Shown piece by piece: positions 26,110 through 40,955 of a stretch of DNA of 64,000 nucleotides. How positions within the stretch are numbered: position 1 is the first letter of the stretch; every line of letters starts with the position of its first letter. The notes beneath the pieces are model-generated. The model worked only from the letters and a program-made list of their open reading frames with translations. It had not been told where the DNA came from and did not search any database. The DNA is from Tubiluchus corallicola (taxonomy: Eukaryota; Animalia; Priapulida): the NCBI GenBank assembly GCA_030141605.1, contig JAQGDQ010000201.1:1-64000 (forward strand), in the 5' to 3' direction. Both the position numbers and the translations under genes were made by a program.

Positions 26110-26320
26110 CATTTAGGGTTGTTAGCCTCTCGTGGAGGGGTCCTATGCCGAGACCCAGCGGCTGGACAGTTTCTTCCCCTCCGCTCGGCTGGGAGCTGGG
26201 ACGCCCTGAGATATGGCGCGTCTCCTAGGCCACCTACCGGTGGAACCCTAAAGCCGGTAGGAGCACGACTTGCCCCTCAGACTGGGGGGTTGCCCTCTCA
26301 ACCTCCGGCCAGTCTGCAAT
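26110..26320 (-). other. GC-rich, highly self-complementary island, probably a retroelement 5'-UTR structured RNA
   Basis: Stems CAGACTGG/CCAGTCTG, CCTACCGG/CCGGTAGG, GGAGGGG/CCCCTCC, GCCGAG/CTCGGC and GACGC/GCGTC. Shares GTTGTTAG...TGGAGGGG with the 12.9-kb element. Confidence 0.5.
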
Positions 26321-29300
26321 TGATGTAAGTTGTTACCCAGCAAGCTTAAGGGGTAATTGGTACTACCGGTCAAACAAACATTACATATACATACTTCACT
26401 ACTAGTTCTGAAATTCTGCCCAAATTTATAGTTGCCTTTAGGATAAAAATTTATTAATGCAATTGAAAAGAGAAACACCGCCCATCCTGTAACAGCTCTT
26501 TTATCACTTAATTCCTTTCTTGTAAGCCATCTTGAACACCTCTACTTTTCTTGACTGGATACAAATTGTATTAAAAATCAGACTATGAAAATTATTGAGA
26601 TTTAAAACGATAAGATCAATGTGATGTTGTTAAGCTTTAGATCTTTTGTTAAAATATTCACTAAGCAGCAAACTTAATGCTTATTTGTTTCTTTTCCTTA
26701 CATACATACATATACATGTATGTATATTCCAAGCGATTGCTCATAATGTAGGACATTAAGAATTTCAAACTCATTTAGTTGTAAGTTAAAGAACACTATG
26801 CATATAAATTATAATTTACTTTCGAAATGGTATATTTATGAGATGTTTTCAACATATGGCATATAGGGCTTCTGAAATGTTACATATACGATTTTATTTT
26901 CCGACTCTGTGCTTACTTTAATTATGTTAAAAATTCTATTGGTTATTAGAAATCGCCCGTTCTGATTCGATAGATCTTCGTATGTAAAAAACGAATTGGA
27001 AATTGAAATGAGACGTATTAAAAATCTTTAGTTGAAGAAATTCCCACATTTGCTGTGAATGCATATTAAAATTCAAATGATCCTTTGTTGTTGAATACAT
27101 GTATCATTTCATTTAGTTATAATCATATCAATGTCAGGCATAATATAGGGTTCCATCAGCCCCATCACTCTGACACCTGTAATCAAAAATTCATACGTGG
27201 CGTTACGTTGTCGCAACAACATTAAACACCTGTTCCATACCAGCCTATAAGCCAGCTGATTGATGAAATGGCATCATCCGCAGGTAAAAAATAACGACGC
27301 TCGTCCGATTTTATTACAAAGCCACAATGGTCGATGTTATAGCTACTTAAAATTAAAAACAAATTTATTGTTCATAGTAGCATAATTCTGATGAGACGCC
27401 AGAGGCATGTTAGCGTCTCTTTTGACATACGTTAACTTATTACATCTATGTTTCCAGTGCTACAGTTATATGGACCTACATGTACGCCTGCCAGTAATTT
27501 GGTTTTTGAATATGTATATGTGGAAAAAATAAGAAAATCCAGTTTCATAGAGCGTTATTATCTTGTACTCAATCTTTTCATAAAACACATTATTTTTCTA
27601 CATACGTAATTCTCTTCATTGGTTGCATCTGACAGTGTCAGGGGTTAGTAGGAAACAGCGAAAATTAGGAAGACCAGCGTCATTAAAACACTGTATTAAA
27701 TTTCTGCTAATGAAAATCACTTGTCTAATGTATGTTGTAACAAGAGAGAAACTAATGATGATTAGCGAAATTAGAAAGTGTGTAAGTGAATAAGCTGTTT
27801 AGGTTTACTTGACACACACACATATAAAAACCAGAGCCACGCATTCATCATTTGTTTTACGCAGGAATTTTTCGAAATTTGTTGTGTAACTGGTGAAACA
27901 GGATTATAAAGAAGCAAAAATTAGATTAACCAAACAATCAACGTTTAATAACTAATAATTAAATTAAATAAAACAGAGCAAATAACACCGGGACAATTTT
28001 AAATCCAAATGAAAGCAAATTTCATTAAACTATTTATGTAGTTCTATGTTTAAAATCTTATGTATTTCTAAGTTTAAAATCCAGTGTGTAAATAACAACG
28101 AATGCAGTTTCAGTTTTCTTAAGAATATATTAAATATACAACTTAAATGAATTCAAGCGCGTCTTACAAAATGGGCGAATGGCACCCTAGCACACGTAAA
28201 GGCCTTATCTACATCTAAAATACTCAAAATTATTTCTTTTAATTGAGGCAAATCTACCAATAAATGTCAAGAAAACACTTCCTTGTTATACAACCCTGTT
28301 CCGAAACATTGTAATGTAATTTCTATAGCAAAATTCGATGGTTGTGTTCGTGATGACTTGTGTTTGTTGTTCGTCTTAAGGATATTGTGTCTAAAACACG
28401 GGTATAAGTTATGTCAACACTGCGTCTTCAGAACGTGGGGTATCCATGCATACTTGTCAGTGAGGAGGGTATAACTTTAGTAACATATCAAACAGCAAGT
28501 ATTATTGGTCACGCCATGCAAGAATGGTATCAAAATTTCATTTCATTGTCCCTGCCGGAAGCATGGCTAGTACTCATGATGGAAATATTAATAACACTTT
28601 GCCACATTATGCGTAATAGTTGCAGTAGCAACGATAGAGAGAGTGAATAGCAATAATGATTGTAATTATTGTGTAGGTATTGTTTAAGTAATACAACCTT
28701 GCATCAATTACTAGGGTAATTGTTTTGCCCTAGAAAAGGGTAAATACGAGCTTATTACTGAATTTCGTAATTCTCCTGGCCTATGTATATTACATACTGG
28801 TGCTATCATTATAGTTATAATAGACACAACTATCGTCTTCCAGTTACACAACTTGCAGCAGCACAGAAGCAAAAACACTCTGACCATTTGTCTCCATATC
28901 AGGGTGTTTCGTAGTCCTTCACTAATTCGTCTTTCAATTTTTTCTGCAACTAATCGACGTTCATCTCGGGTCTTACTCGGTTGCTGAGAGTTTTCAGTCT
29001 ACATTTGAAATTTTGGTTTTCTTCTGCTACATGGTGGTTCTAGAGCTGAGGTGTAAGTGGTCTCATGGCTACACAAAAAAGAACCTGGTATATAGGTGTA
29101 AAATCGCTGTAGTACTCTCTTATACTAAGCAATAGCTAAAGCAGCAACTAAATTGTTATTTGCTTGTTTGTGTACTTGCCATTTAAACATTTTTTCTAAA
29201 TAACGAGGGATTTAAGTTGAAAACATCCTATGTAATGTATAACAGCTAAATAATAATAGTAATGTACGTATAATGTATGATAGGCTAGTCTAGAAGTACC

Positions 29301-29993
29301 CATCTACATATAGGACAGATTAGTAAATTGTTAAATTTTTAAACAAGATTCTTGTACCTTGTCAGGCTCATCATGGTTGCAGTCTGCTGCTGCTCTGGGC
29401 AGTGGCGGTTGACAATCTGGTCGCCTTTGTTTTTACTGATGAAGTTAAACGATAATTATTCTGATGTAAACATCAAATCGCACTCTAATGTTGATTTTAT
29501 CTGTTTTTTTCTCGTTTTTTTTGGCCTACAGCTATTGCTCGCTGAGTTCTCACCAACATGACAACTAAAGCAGTAGGAATGGACAGAGAATGATACTACT
29601 GAACCCAACAGTAGTAAACAACATCTCAACAAACAAGGGCAGCTTTAATTACCAAATAGCTTAGTATTGTTGGCAAAACACACGGAAGAAATATGCTTGC
29701 ATTTATATTGCCCTTCCGTAAGGCAGGAAATTGGAAAACACAATGGATTTGAGTCACTGTATGTTTCAACGTTCGATTGGGCCTATCTATCCTTAAGTAC
29801 ATTTTTTTCAAAAAAGCACACAGTCTGATAATGGGATCAAGGAAATAAATAAGCAGAATAGAAGTTAGACGGTGCTACGATAAAGAGTATAGATAGATTG
29901 TTAGCTACTGTATATATGGGATAAGATATGCTTATTTGTGTGTAGTTTTTCTCTTCTGAGAAGAGAGAGACGGACATACACACAGTAAGTGGA

Positions 29994-29997
<4 letters not shown>

Positions 29998-30038
<41 letters not shown>
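29998..30038. repeat. (GA)n microsatellite
   Basis: Direct reading. Confidence 0.97.
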
Positions 30039-30043
<5 letters not shown>

Positions 30044-33000
30044 GCGCAAAAAACAAAAAGAATTCCATTACAGTCGCAGAATTTTTGAGTCAGATTTAAT
30101 ATATTATGTAACATACTTTATTTGCCATAAAAATAGATTGCAATAAAATGAGAATCCTCGGTGTTAAAAATATATTTTAAAAATTTATTATTTAAAATAA
30201 CAAGTATTAATTAATGATTAAAATAAATATCAATATTTGAGAAATAGTTAAAAGCACTGATAAAAGTAAATCTATAACCAGTTGGAGAAAAAATATAAAC
30301 TGCTAGTGCGTAAAACTAAAACTAAAAGCTATAATTCAATTCAATAATGAAAATGACTATTACAGACACGAAAACTTGAGAATAAAAAAAACAAAATATA
30401 TGCTAAAGGCCGCTCAAGGCACAGGACCTACTTTCTTGGTTTTCTTTAACGTTGCTGTTCAATGTAATCTACATTTCTTATCTCGTTTTCAACCACTTTT
30501 CATAGTTCTAGGATTTACTTCGCTTCAGGTCCGTGATACTTTATAATCTTGGTGGGGCTCGTTTTGTTCAACTTGAGTTGACTGACCCTGGCTTTTGCCA
30601 AAAACGTACACGTATTGGCCCCTAATTAGCTACTTAATTAATGTCTTGCCACCTAAATAATGAGTTACTCTGTTAAAATGAGATTGCTTTCGGACGCATT
30701 TTAGGGTAATTCGTAGCTCCTGTCATTTTCGAGTCCGATTTTCTTTTCCATACTTTTCATGCAAGTTTTCGAGTTGTTCTGTATAGTAATAAGATTTCCT
30801 CTCTGCATGCTGCCACCATGCATGTTCTATGAGTAGTTGCTTAAAATTCTCAGCTGTATAATAGCAGGCATTATAGTTATGAATATCGAGTATTGCAACT
30901 GTAGCTGACTCGGTTGCTAAGTACCGGGTACTCAAGCATTATGAAGCTGAACTGTCAGGCGTTGGATTTTCTGCCCCAACGAACCTCTAAACCTAGTAAT
31001 GTATTTATGGGGCGCGGTTTATGCACCTCCTACACGATATAACTACGCGCATTTTGACAGCATCGAGAGAAATGTTGAAAAAATTGTTAATGGTAAGTTA
31101 ACTCGGAGTCACATTAATACCACGAAACTGATATTTACCTGCGATCTGCCATGGATCTTACTCTTACACTTTTATGGTTTTTGTGTACTTTGGTACTTCT
31201 GGAATAATCTAAGTATATACTTCTATTATTTTCGTCAGCTTTTTGTTTCTTCTTGCAAATAATGATCGATGCGCGATCGGTATTCCTTAAAGGTGTCTAA
31301 CGTAGCTGAAGCTTCATTCTTCATTTTAGACTTTTTTTGAGACCTTTTGGTCTATCAATCTCTCCCTCGCCCCCCCCCCCCCCCGGATTTTGCCACAGGT
31401 CGCACGTTAGACAGGCTATTCCGGGCTTTAGTTTTCTTGCAACAAGGAAGGTTTTTTGAAATTGTTAAAAATTTAATCTACGACCAAAAAACGAGATTGC
31501 AGTTTTTGTCGGCTTGGTTCGCTTTTAAATTTCCAGTCTAGATTTGTCGAGCTTGTACTATGTGTAAATCCAGTATGACTTACACTTAGTATTTATTACA
31601 GTTGCTATTAGTGTATAAAGATGGGTGTTTCCAGGACAGCCTTTCATGTCTCAGGTATATTACGATTTCCATTTGGCTGCATTGTTTATAATAACGATCT
31701 GGTGATATGGATGTACTTAAGAAAACATCTTTTTAATTCAATTTCATTTGTTCTGAATCTTAAAACTGGTCGGATGCAGATAAAGCAAAACTTCCAAACG
31801 TAAGTTACGAAGTCTAAGAAATCGTTGATTAGACTAGTTAGTGTGGTTATGTAAGCATTTTATAAGTAAGTGCATGAGTATCTGTATAACAATAACAACT
31901 AAGTGTATACAGGTGCGTACAACTTGCGTTATCCCTTCTACTTTCTTCTTGCATAGTTACTATTTTTTATTGCCAAATAAATCCCCCTTTTTCGAGAAAC
32001 CTTCGTCACACAAAAGAGGTACTTATTTTCAAAATTACGACGCCGCAGTGCCATCTCAACTTTCAGGGGCAGGAAGTAGAATAATGGAAACAGAATCCCT
32101 TCCAAAAAGCCTCACCGCTGAGCCAATCTCACCGAAAGTTTGTACAGTGAAAAATTCTCCTATTGCCAGCTTTTGTTGCTGTTTGAACAGACCCGATTGT
32201 TTTCCAAATTCTTCGGCATTAGCATGAAGTTGTAACCAGTTGAAAGCTTGAGAGGTATATACAAGTAACTAAGGTGTGCCCGCGATGTGTTTGTTGTAAA
32301 AAAACCGTCAGCTTCTTAGTGGCATTAATGAAATTAGCAAATTAGATAATCGTTGTTGAGCTGTTTTTCTGTTGACATTAACTTCTTTGAGACCGTCTAA
32401 TAAGCTAAACTGCCTCTTAGCAGTAGCCCATGTTTTTCTATCGAAGCAGTTTAGGTTTATACACTTACACATTTAGCACTTGTGAGGTTATACAGAGGTA
32501 GTATTTTTTATGAATGTTATTTATTAACAGCATCAAGCTTATAATGTTGTTAACTGTTGTCTGAATCTAGTGCATTTAAGCTATGTTCCGGATTGGGATC
32601 AGTTAAATGTGGATTATTCTTTTCAGACCCTGAGAATAAAACTTTCTTGACAAGTTTTATAATACTTCATTTAAATTTAAAAGCAGATGCTTAGTTATTG
32701 CTGTGGTATTGCTGATTGTTATCTCGACGTTGGCTGCATTTACAGGTATTTTGTATAGCGTTTTAAAGGCAACTTCCCCACTGAAAACTACAATACCGCA
32801 AGCCTTTTACTGCTTGGAATCCAGTTATCTCTTTTACCCGTCTTCTCCTTGTCCGATAAACATTTTCTGCTTGGCCAGCTAAATATAAAACTGTTGTTGG
32901 CCACTAAGCTAGCCTCTGGACATCTTGACTTAAGGGCTTTATTGTGCTTGAGAATAGGAGCCTGCGATGGATTCAACTCTTTGTCACGTGCGTCCGGAGA

Positions 33001-33729
33001 ACGGCGGAGTTAATCCGTCGAAAGCAGACGGACACCGGCCCTCGTCTGTTGTACCGGAGACATGAAACTGGTAATTTCGCCCTGATCTGTCTCTGTTCAA
33101 GCGCTTATTGCCAAACAATACAGATTCAACCTTATCTATAGGAACAGCAATTACTTTAAGACAATGGGAATGCTTTATAACGACAAATTTCTAAGGGCAT
33201 TTACGTTAGAATAATAGCTGCAGAGGGTATTGACTGGGACGAACATTTCGTCTTATCTAGATTAGATTAGAGGCAGATAAACCTACTTTAGTAATTAGCC
33301 ATTTTAGTGTGACGTAATTAGTAACATTAGAATTGACCAATTCGCAACTGGCATGCACATGGCATAGTTTTATTCAAATTCACTGTAGGCCATGCACATA
33401 TTATAGTTTTATTCAAATTCACTGTAGGCCCTACTTTCTGGTGTCCTTACTGTCAAAAATATGATATTACCTGCTGACAGCAAAATTGCTTGCGAAGCGT
33501 TGTAACCCACTTACCCTCCACAAACTGATTACTATAAATCTGACATAAAACACTAGGTACGTTTTCACTAGATTAGTGTTTACTAGCAATAGAATTTTTA
33601 GAAAGACCGAAGAATATCAATTTTTGCGAATGTCACTTTCTCCTGTGCATACTTTTGGTTTATTTATATCTTCTCTATCATGGATATAATAAATCTAATA
33701 AACACCAATATTATATAAGAAGACTGGTA

Positions 33730-34700
<971 letters not shown>

Positions 34701-35029
34701 ACTAGATGTATTTTCAGACAAAAAGTCCATATAAACTACAATATATAAAATTAGCGAAATGAAAAAACTAACTGCACAAACACACACGCACACACCCACA
34801 CATACACGCACACATACGCACGTACGCACAAATGCATGCAATTCCTCTTTCTCTTCTCTTCTGGAAAACACTTTGACTTTGCAATATACGAGTACTTGGT
34901 CAATTAAAGGGGAAGAAAGGGCAATTTTGATAGTATGTCCCAAAAAACTTTCCATACAAAGTTGTATCACTTATCATTACATTTACCTGTTTCTTATGTA
35001 GCTGGAAAAAATTTTTAGTAATGCTCTTG

Positions 35030-35260
35030 CCGACTGGTAAAAACGTCTGGTGTTTCGCTATCTCAGTGTGCACCACTGGTTCAACAAAAAACATATGGTT
35101 AATCTTATTGACAAGATTATATTTGCTAAATGTGCGGTAAGAATGCTTATGTACCTTATGTACCTTTAAAATTTTTGTACCTTATGTAAACTTGCTTAAT
35201 TTTTTACTCAAGGATTGACTGCTAAAATGGCTGTGCCTACTGTCAGTACAATAGTTGTGC
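35030..35260. mobile_element. Partial copy of the 14930/51190 dispersed repeat family
   Basis: GACTGGTAAAA...CAGTGTGCACCACTGGTTCAACAAAAA...TCTTATTGACAAGAT. Confidence 0.6.
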
Positions 35261-35345
35261 TAGTTAACAAACTAGCTGTGCAGAAAGTCAGCATTTATAC
35301 AAAATTTCAAGATAATTTTTTTTGTAACTAAAGGGATATAGTTTG

Positions 35346-35380
<35 letters not shown>

Positions 35381-38300
35381 TTACAGTCATAAAAGAAAAA
35401 GCACACGACACAGTGATGAATAACGACCACAAGCCTAAAACACAGAATTTTGATCATTCACTGTCTCTATACTTTTTCGTTTGTGACTGCATTCTCTTTT
35501 AAGTGTGATTTTTTTGTATGAGTTAATAATATAAAAATGTCTTTTTATATATTTTGTACGTATTAATAATACAGTAATTTTATGTATTTTCTTTTCTTTT
35601 TTTAACCTTTCCCTTAATGATGAGTGCATTTTTGCGTCGTGATCGCTCTTTTTCTTAAAGATGTCAGAATTAAGAAGTTAAGCATTAAGAATTAAGTTTG
35701 TGTTATACTTGGTCAAATTCATCATTATTTTGACAAAATGTGATGAATTCTATTCAAAATAGCAATGAAACACGCCCGCATTTCAAGGTTTTGTTTCTCT
35801 AATGCGGTGTGCAAGAGTTCTGAATGCTTATTAGGCATAATGTAATCGAAGTTTGGACGTTCAGAATTCCGGAATGGTGAGAAGTTACCGGTCACTATCG
35901 TCACAGAAGTTTGGGCATTAGCTAATTATACCTCGCCGATTCAATTTCACCCTGTTATTTTGCACATTCTATATCTGCTTACCAGCCTGCAGGAAGAGGA
36001 TCATAATTAGATGACTACTCTGTGTTTTTCTGTATCATTACCAGTAAATCACACACATTTGAAGCAGGTGTGGGGACAAGCCCAGGGGCAGGGTGACATA
36101 CACGCTCGGACGAAACTTGTAATTTGTTAGTGTCGGACGAGTCCCAGATTATAAGTGTTCGACTAGGAATATATTCACTGTGAGATATCATCTGTACTAG
36201 CTGTTTGACAAGAGAAAATGAGTTGAAAACTAACAATCCATGAATTAAAAACTAGAAAAAATAAAACAATCATTTAGATATCCTATAGATTGGTTTTTTG
36301 CAAGTTTCAAATGATTATTTTCGATACCCGCTTTTCTATATCCAATTTTTTAGCTTATTGCGCTTTGACTAATTTTGCTTTAGCTTTCCAACAAAGTTAT
36401 CTTATTTTAAAATCTGATGAAAATTATTATTAGGAAAAATAAACATTAACCTGTACTCAGTTTTAAAAACAGTATTACTTGCAACAGAAGCATCAGTAAT
36501 TATTTTACATTAATTAAGATGAGGTTTTATACTTCCCAATCAGAGACCACACTCCTTGTGGACAACTATTTAAATATTGCAAGATATTTAAATTTTGTCT
36601 CTAATAAAAAAAGTGCATAATTTTTTTATAAAACAGGTTCCCAAATCATGTTGTAAAAAATTGAAAGATACAAACCTAAAATAAATGCTTTAAAATGAGA
36701 AAAGTGCGGTAAAACTGAAATGTGAGCAAATTTTAGTTTTGTCAGATGGCGCTCGTGGTTATTTTTCGGTCAACAACGATTACACAACAATGTAAGTTTA
36801 TCAGTATGCTTTAGTGAGCATATAGGTCTATAGATCTATAAGTTAACACGTTACAGGGGCTAATTTTTATGACCATACATTTGAAAGTGGTATGCGCATG
36901 GCTAAAATGACGAATGATATTCTAATTCCTTTTCAAGATACCATTTAAAAGAAAAAGCGATGGACACCGTTCTAGCTTGCAAAAACAAGATTTTCCGATA
37001 TAAATAGTCGGAAATTGCAATCAAATATTTTCTTCTAACATACGTTTACGTGCTAAACGTTGTATAAGCCTAGATGTGCAAGTTTATGTGTATGCTTTTC
37101 TTTCAAGCGCTGTTGTTGTAATTGAGATTGTCCTTTATTTAGTTACTTTTCAAGAGATTGAGTTTACATCTTAATGCTACGTCTTGACATAAAAGTCTTT
37201 TACAATACTGAAAAGCAGACGCACAAAAATGGATATTCTTGCAGTTACATTGTGATTATACATGTCTATGTGTTAGTTATTGACCTGTTACCGTCGTAAC
37301 ATAATCATTGGATGCAAAATATTGAATCTAACAGAGGACAGACAAGCAGTTTTATTTACCAATATTGTACATGATTTTACCTCCTTTTCCAGAGTTTATC
37401 TGTCCCTCTTCCAGTTATGAAAGCCTGTGTGACAGCAGTTATAGGCAGAGCGGCCCGTCTAACAAAAGGACGCCCTGTCAAAATCGCGAAGAAGATGCAT
37501 GGCCTTTTAGTGACAAGATTTCTTATGCCGCTTTTCGGCGTTTTAGGTGGATTTTTTTACAAATTTTTAGTAGGTTCAGCTGGCTGACTAATCCCACAGG
37601 TTTTGTCTCCCGCCATCACATGAAATCCGGATTATCCGCTTGCAGATTAAAAACTCACAGCAGGAGTAGATTGAGTGTAATAAAAAGCTATGTCAAACCC
37701 AATAGGCGGCTAATGTAACTGATCGAACAGAAAATAAACCAAAAGTTGCAAGTCGATAATAATGTTTCGCTCAAAAAATGCGTCGAAGATGAAAGTCAGA
37801 ATGCGTGTCACATGTGTATTACGTTACCTGATTATGTTGAAATAAGTTTAGGTCTTACTTTTCGACTCACCATGCAGAGTTATGCGTGAATGTAATTTTC
37901 TTTTGAGGCTAATCACTACAAATACATTCAAGAAACTGAACATATAAACGTTATTGTTGCAATTAAAAGAAAACAAGATGATTTTTCATCCCACATCCAT
38001 TTGGAAGTACAATAAAAATTATACATTTTAACACTTATAATAACACCAAAACGTTTCTAATAATTAAACAGCAGGTTCTCTTAAAGTCTCATTCTGTCTA
38101 TTGTACACATTGAGGCATTAGCATTTATTAGAGTATTCGACAAACTGTTATCTGCTTCTTCTGCTGTTTCTTCTCCTAAAGCTACATTTGGCTGAAGTTG
38201 TTGAACATCTTTATTTTTGTTGTTTTTTACTTGGCGGGTAGTTTTCCAATGTTGCCAAGATTACCAAGTCAAACACCAGTGAGAATCGCCTTAAAAGAAG

Positions 38301-38429
38301 CCTCAAATGATATCCTAAAAATTTAATTAGTGGTAGATGAGCCCAGCTAGCAATGACATAACAAATGAACATAATTTTCAATAGCATTTCCGTGAGCGTG
38401 TTGCAACTTTAATTAAGATTTTACCATCC

Positions 38430-39160
38430 AGTTATTAAGATTTTACTGTAGCAAAATTTTACTGTTTTTCATCCAGTTATTATTAAGATTTTGCTGTAGC
38501 AAAATCTTAATTAGACCCCGCCTAGCAATATTTTGCTGTAAAAAGTTACTGTTTTCCATACGGTTATTATTATTTACTCTCCGCAACTATTACACTCAAT
38601 AACTTGATAAGTCTTGCAAGCTAGGGTCACCAAACTAACAGAGGTGGTAGCCCTAGGCGGGGTACGACAGTACACTACAGTACAACAGTAGTGTGGTGAC
38701 CACTGACCACTGGTCAAGGGGAAGGGCAGTAGACGTCGGTCACTTTTTCCTTTAGGTCACATCTCCTCCTAGGGCTTTTGGTTTTTTCCAATTTTTTGTC
38801 ACAAGTATTTGGGCACTGTGGGGCAGGTGTGTACCTGGGGTTTTAAAAAGCTAGCAAGTTTTAAACGCCCGAGGTAGGGGTCAAATGCAATATTTGGGGT
38901 CCCCCATTTGGTGACCTTTTGAATGCTGAATGCTAGGGACACAAAACTCACAGGGCACACTCTGGGAAAAGTTATCTATGTATACATGTGACCCGAGTTG
39001 TCGGGTCAAAGGTCACGGAGCGGGCGGGTTCATTTATTTTTCTTTATGATCCATCTACTTCCATAGTTTTTGAGCTAGGGCCACAGTAGTTGGTATGTTG
39101 TCAGGCGGGGATTTCCATATAAGATTTCCATATCTAGTGTGTTGTAACTGCTGCACTATT
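38430..39160 (+). mobile_element. Helentron/HINE-like interspersed repeat
   Basis: Reiterated head TTATTAAGATTTT(A/G)CTGTAGCAAAAT (short hairpin), three internal GCTAGGG..CAC units and GGTCAAAGGTCA. Family call is from recalled motifs. Confidence 0.55.
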
Positions 39161-40659
39161 TACTGTAAGTAAAATTGCTTCGGAATCCCATATCTTTCTA
39201 TGCAAATATCCATTCGTATGTATAATTCTACAGTCGCTAAGATTCAAGATTGCAATTAGGATCACAAACTCATCAATCTTTTTGCAATAAGCTTCCATTC
39301 ATCAGACATATTCAACATATATTTATAAATACTGCAGCACTATTAAAAAGTCTTGCATCCACTCAAGGTGAATTTTAAACCACTCGTCAACGCCCAGTGA
39401 AATCTATATTTCCTGTAATTACGACCTTTTCTCCTTTCTGGCTTTCATTCATTATTACACAATGTCAAAAACGAAACAGCGAAACTATAAAATAATGAGG
39501 TGAATTATGACAGGTATGATCGTGGTAATTATTACAGCAGATCCGTCTAGCTATATAGTTGATTTGACGATAGTGTGATAAAAATCCTGTTTTAACAACT
39601 TATCTAATTTGGCTTTCAGTAAATTTATAGTAGTTTTGCGTCGCTCTTCTGTCCCGTGGATAACAGTAACCTTAATGACGGTTCTATAAATAATTTTTTT
39701 CGAAATCGTGGATAAACGCAATTTTCTGTGGGACGGTAAATAGTATGAACACCGCTGGAAATAGATTTTATTTCATAGACATAAGGAGATAACTCAAATG
39801 TTATTTTCCAGACAAACCGGCAGTTCATATCGTTCGATTTGCAACAGTGTCTAAAATGGGAATATAATTATACTGTAGTGTCTCTGGCTTCAATGCTTTA
39901 CTTAATTACCACGTGAGATGCTGTGCTGTAACTAATGACTAATTTATTTTAGTTGCCACTAATTTTTCATATGCTTCAACTTTTCGCATATAGTATGACA
40001 AATGTTGGTACGACGGTGACGGTGCGCCCCATAAAATGCTGTTTACAGGAATTAATTGTACTTTGTGACGAGTAAACCTATGAATCTTTTAGTTTTACTT
40101 TTACCAAAGAGATTTTTTGCAGCTAAAGTTAGTACACTATATCATAAAAAGAAATTAAGCTTCGTTTCGTAATTTATAAATTCTAAACTTTAAAATAGTT
40201 AATATGATTTTGCAATTTCAATTTGCAAAGCAGAGTGGTCGAAGCAGTTTCATATAGGCTGATCTGTATTGCCTAAATTGCCTGTTTATTGACATTAATT
40301 TTACGTAATTGTTGTTTGTTGTTAATTTTTGCGGAATTTAATTTGACGTAAAGTACTTTGCGAATTTATATTGGCAAACCATTTTTCCGCAAATTTTATA
40401 AAAATGCATTGGCTCCATTATAATGTGCGGAGCAATGACCTTATTTAGTTCACCCCCAAAGTCGCATAAATATTCTTGTCTGTCTTGATACTACACATTC
40501 CGAAAAAGCTAAATTTGACAAATTTGATTAATTAATGTGCATGTAGTCGCACGTACACAATAATTAACAATCACGCAAGGCATCTTTGCCTTCAACTTCA
40601 GAAAACTTCCGCCTCTACAGTTTCAGACGTACGTGTTTCTATTTGTAAAATTCTAATAA

Positions 40660-40955
<296 letters not shown>

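Noticed and set aside
27387-27420. CTGATGA followed by a GACGC/GCGTC hairpin as a hammerhead
   Set aside because: No GAAA after stem II.
32060-32260. Minus-strand frame faintly like a RecQ-helicase N-terminus (Q..AI..F...GRD)
   Set aside because: No Walker A motif; the similarity is too weak to support a call.
36108-36144. GGACGAAAC...GACGAGTCC as a permuted hammerhead
   Set aside because: No CUGANGA core and no stem I.
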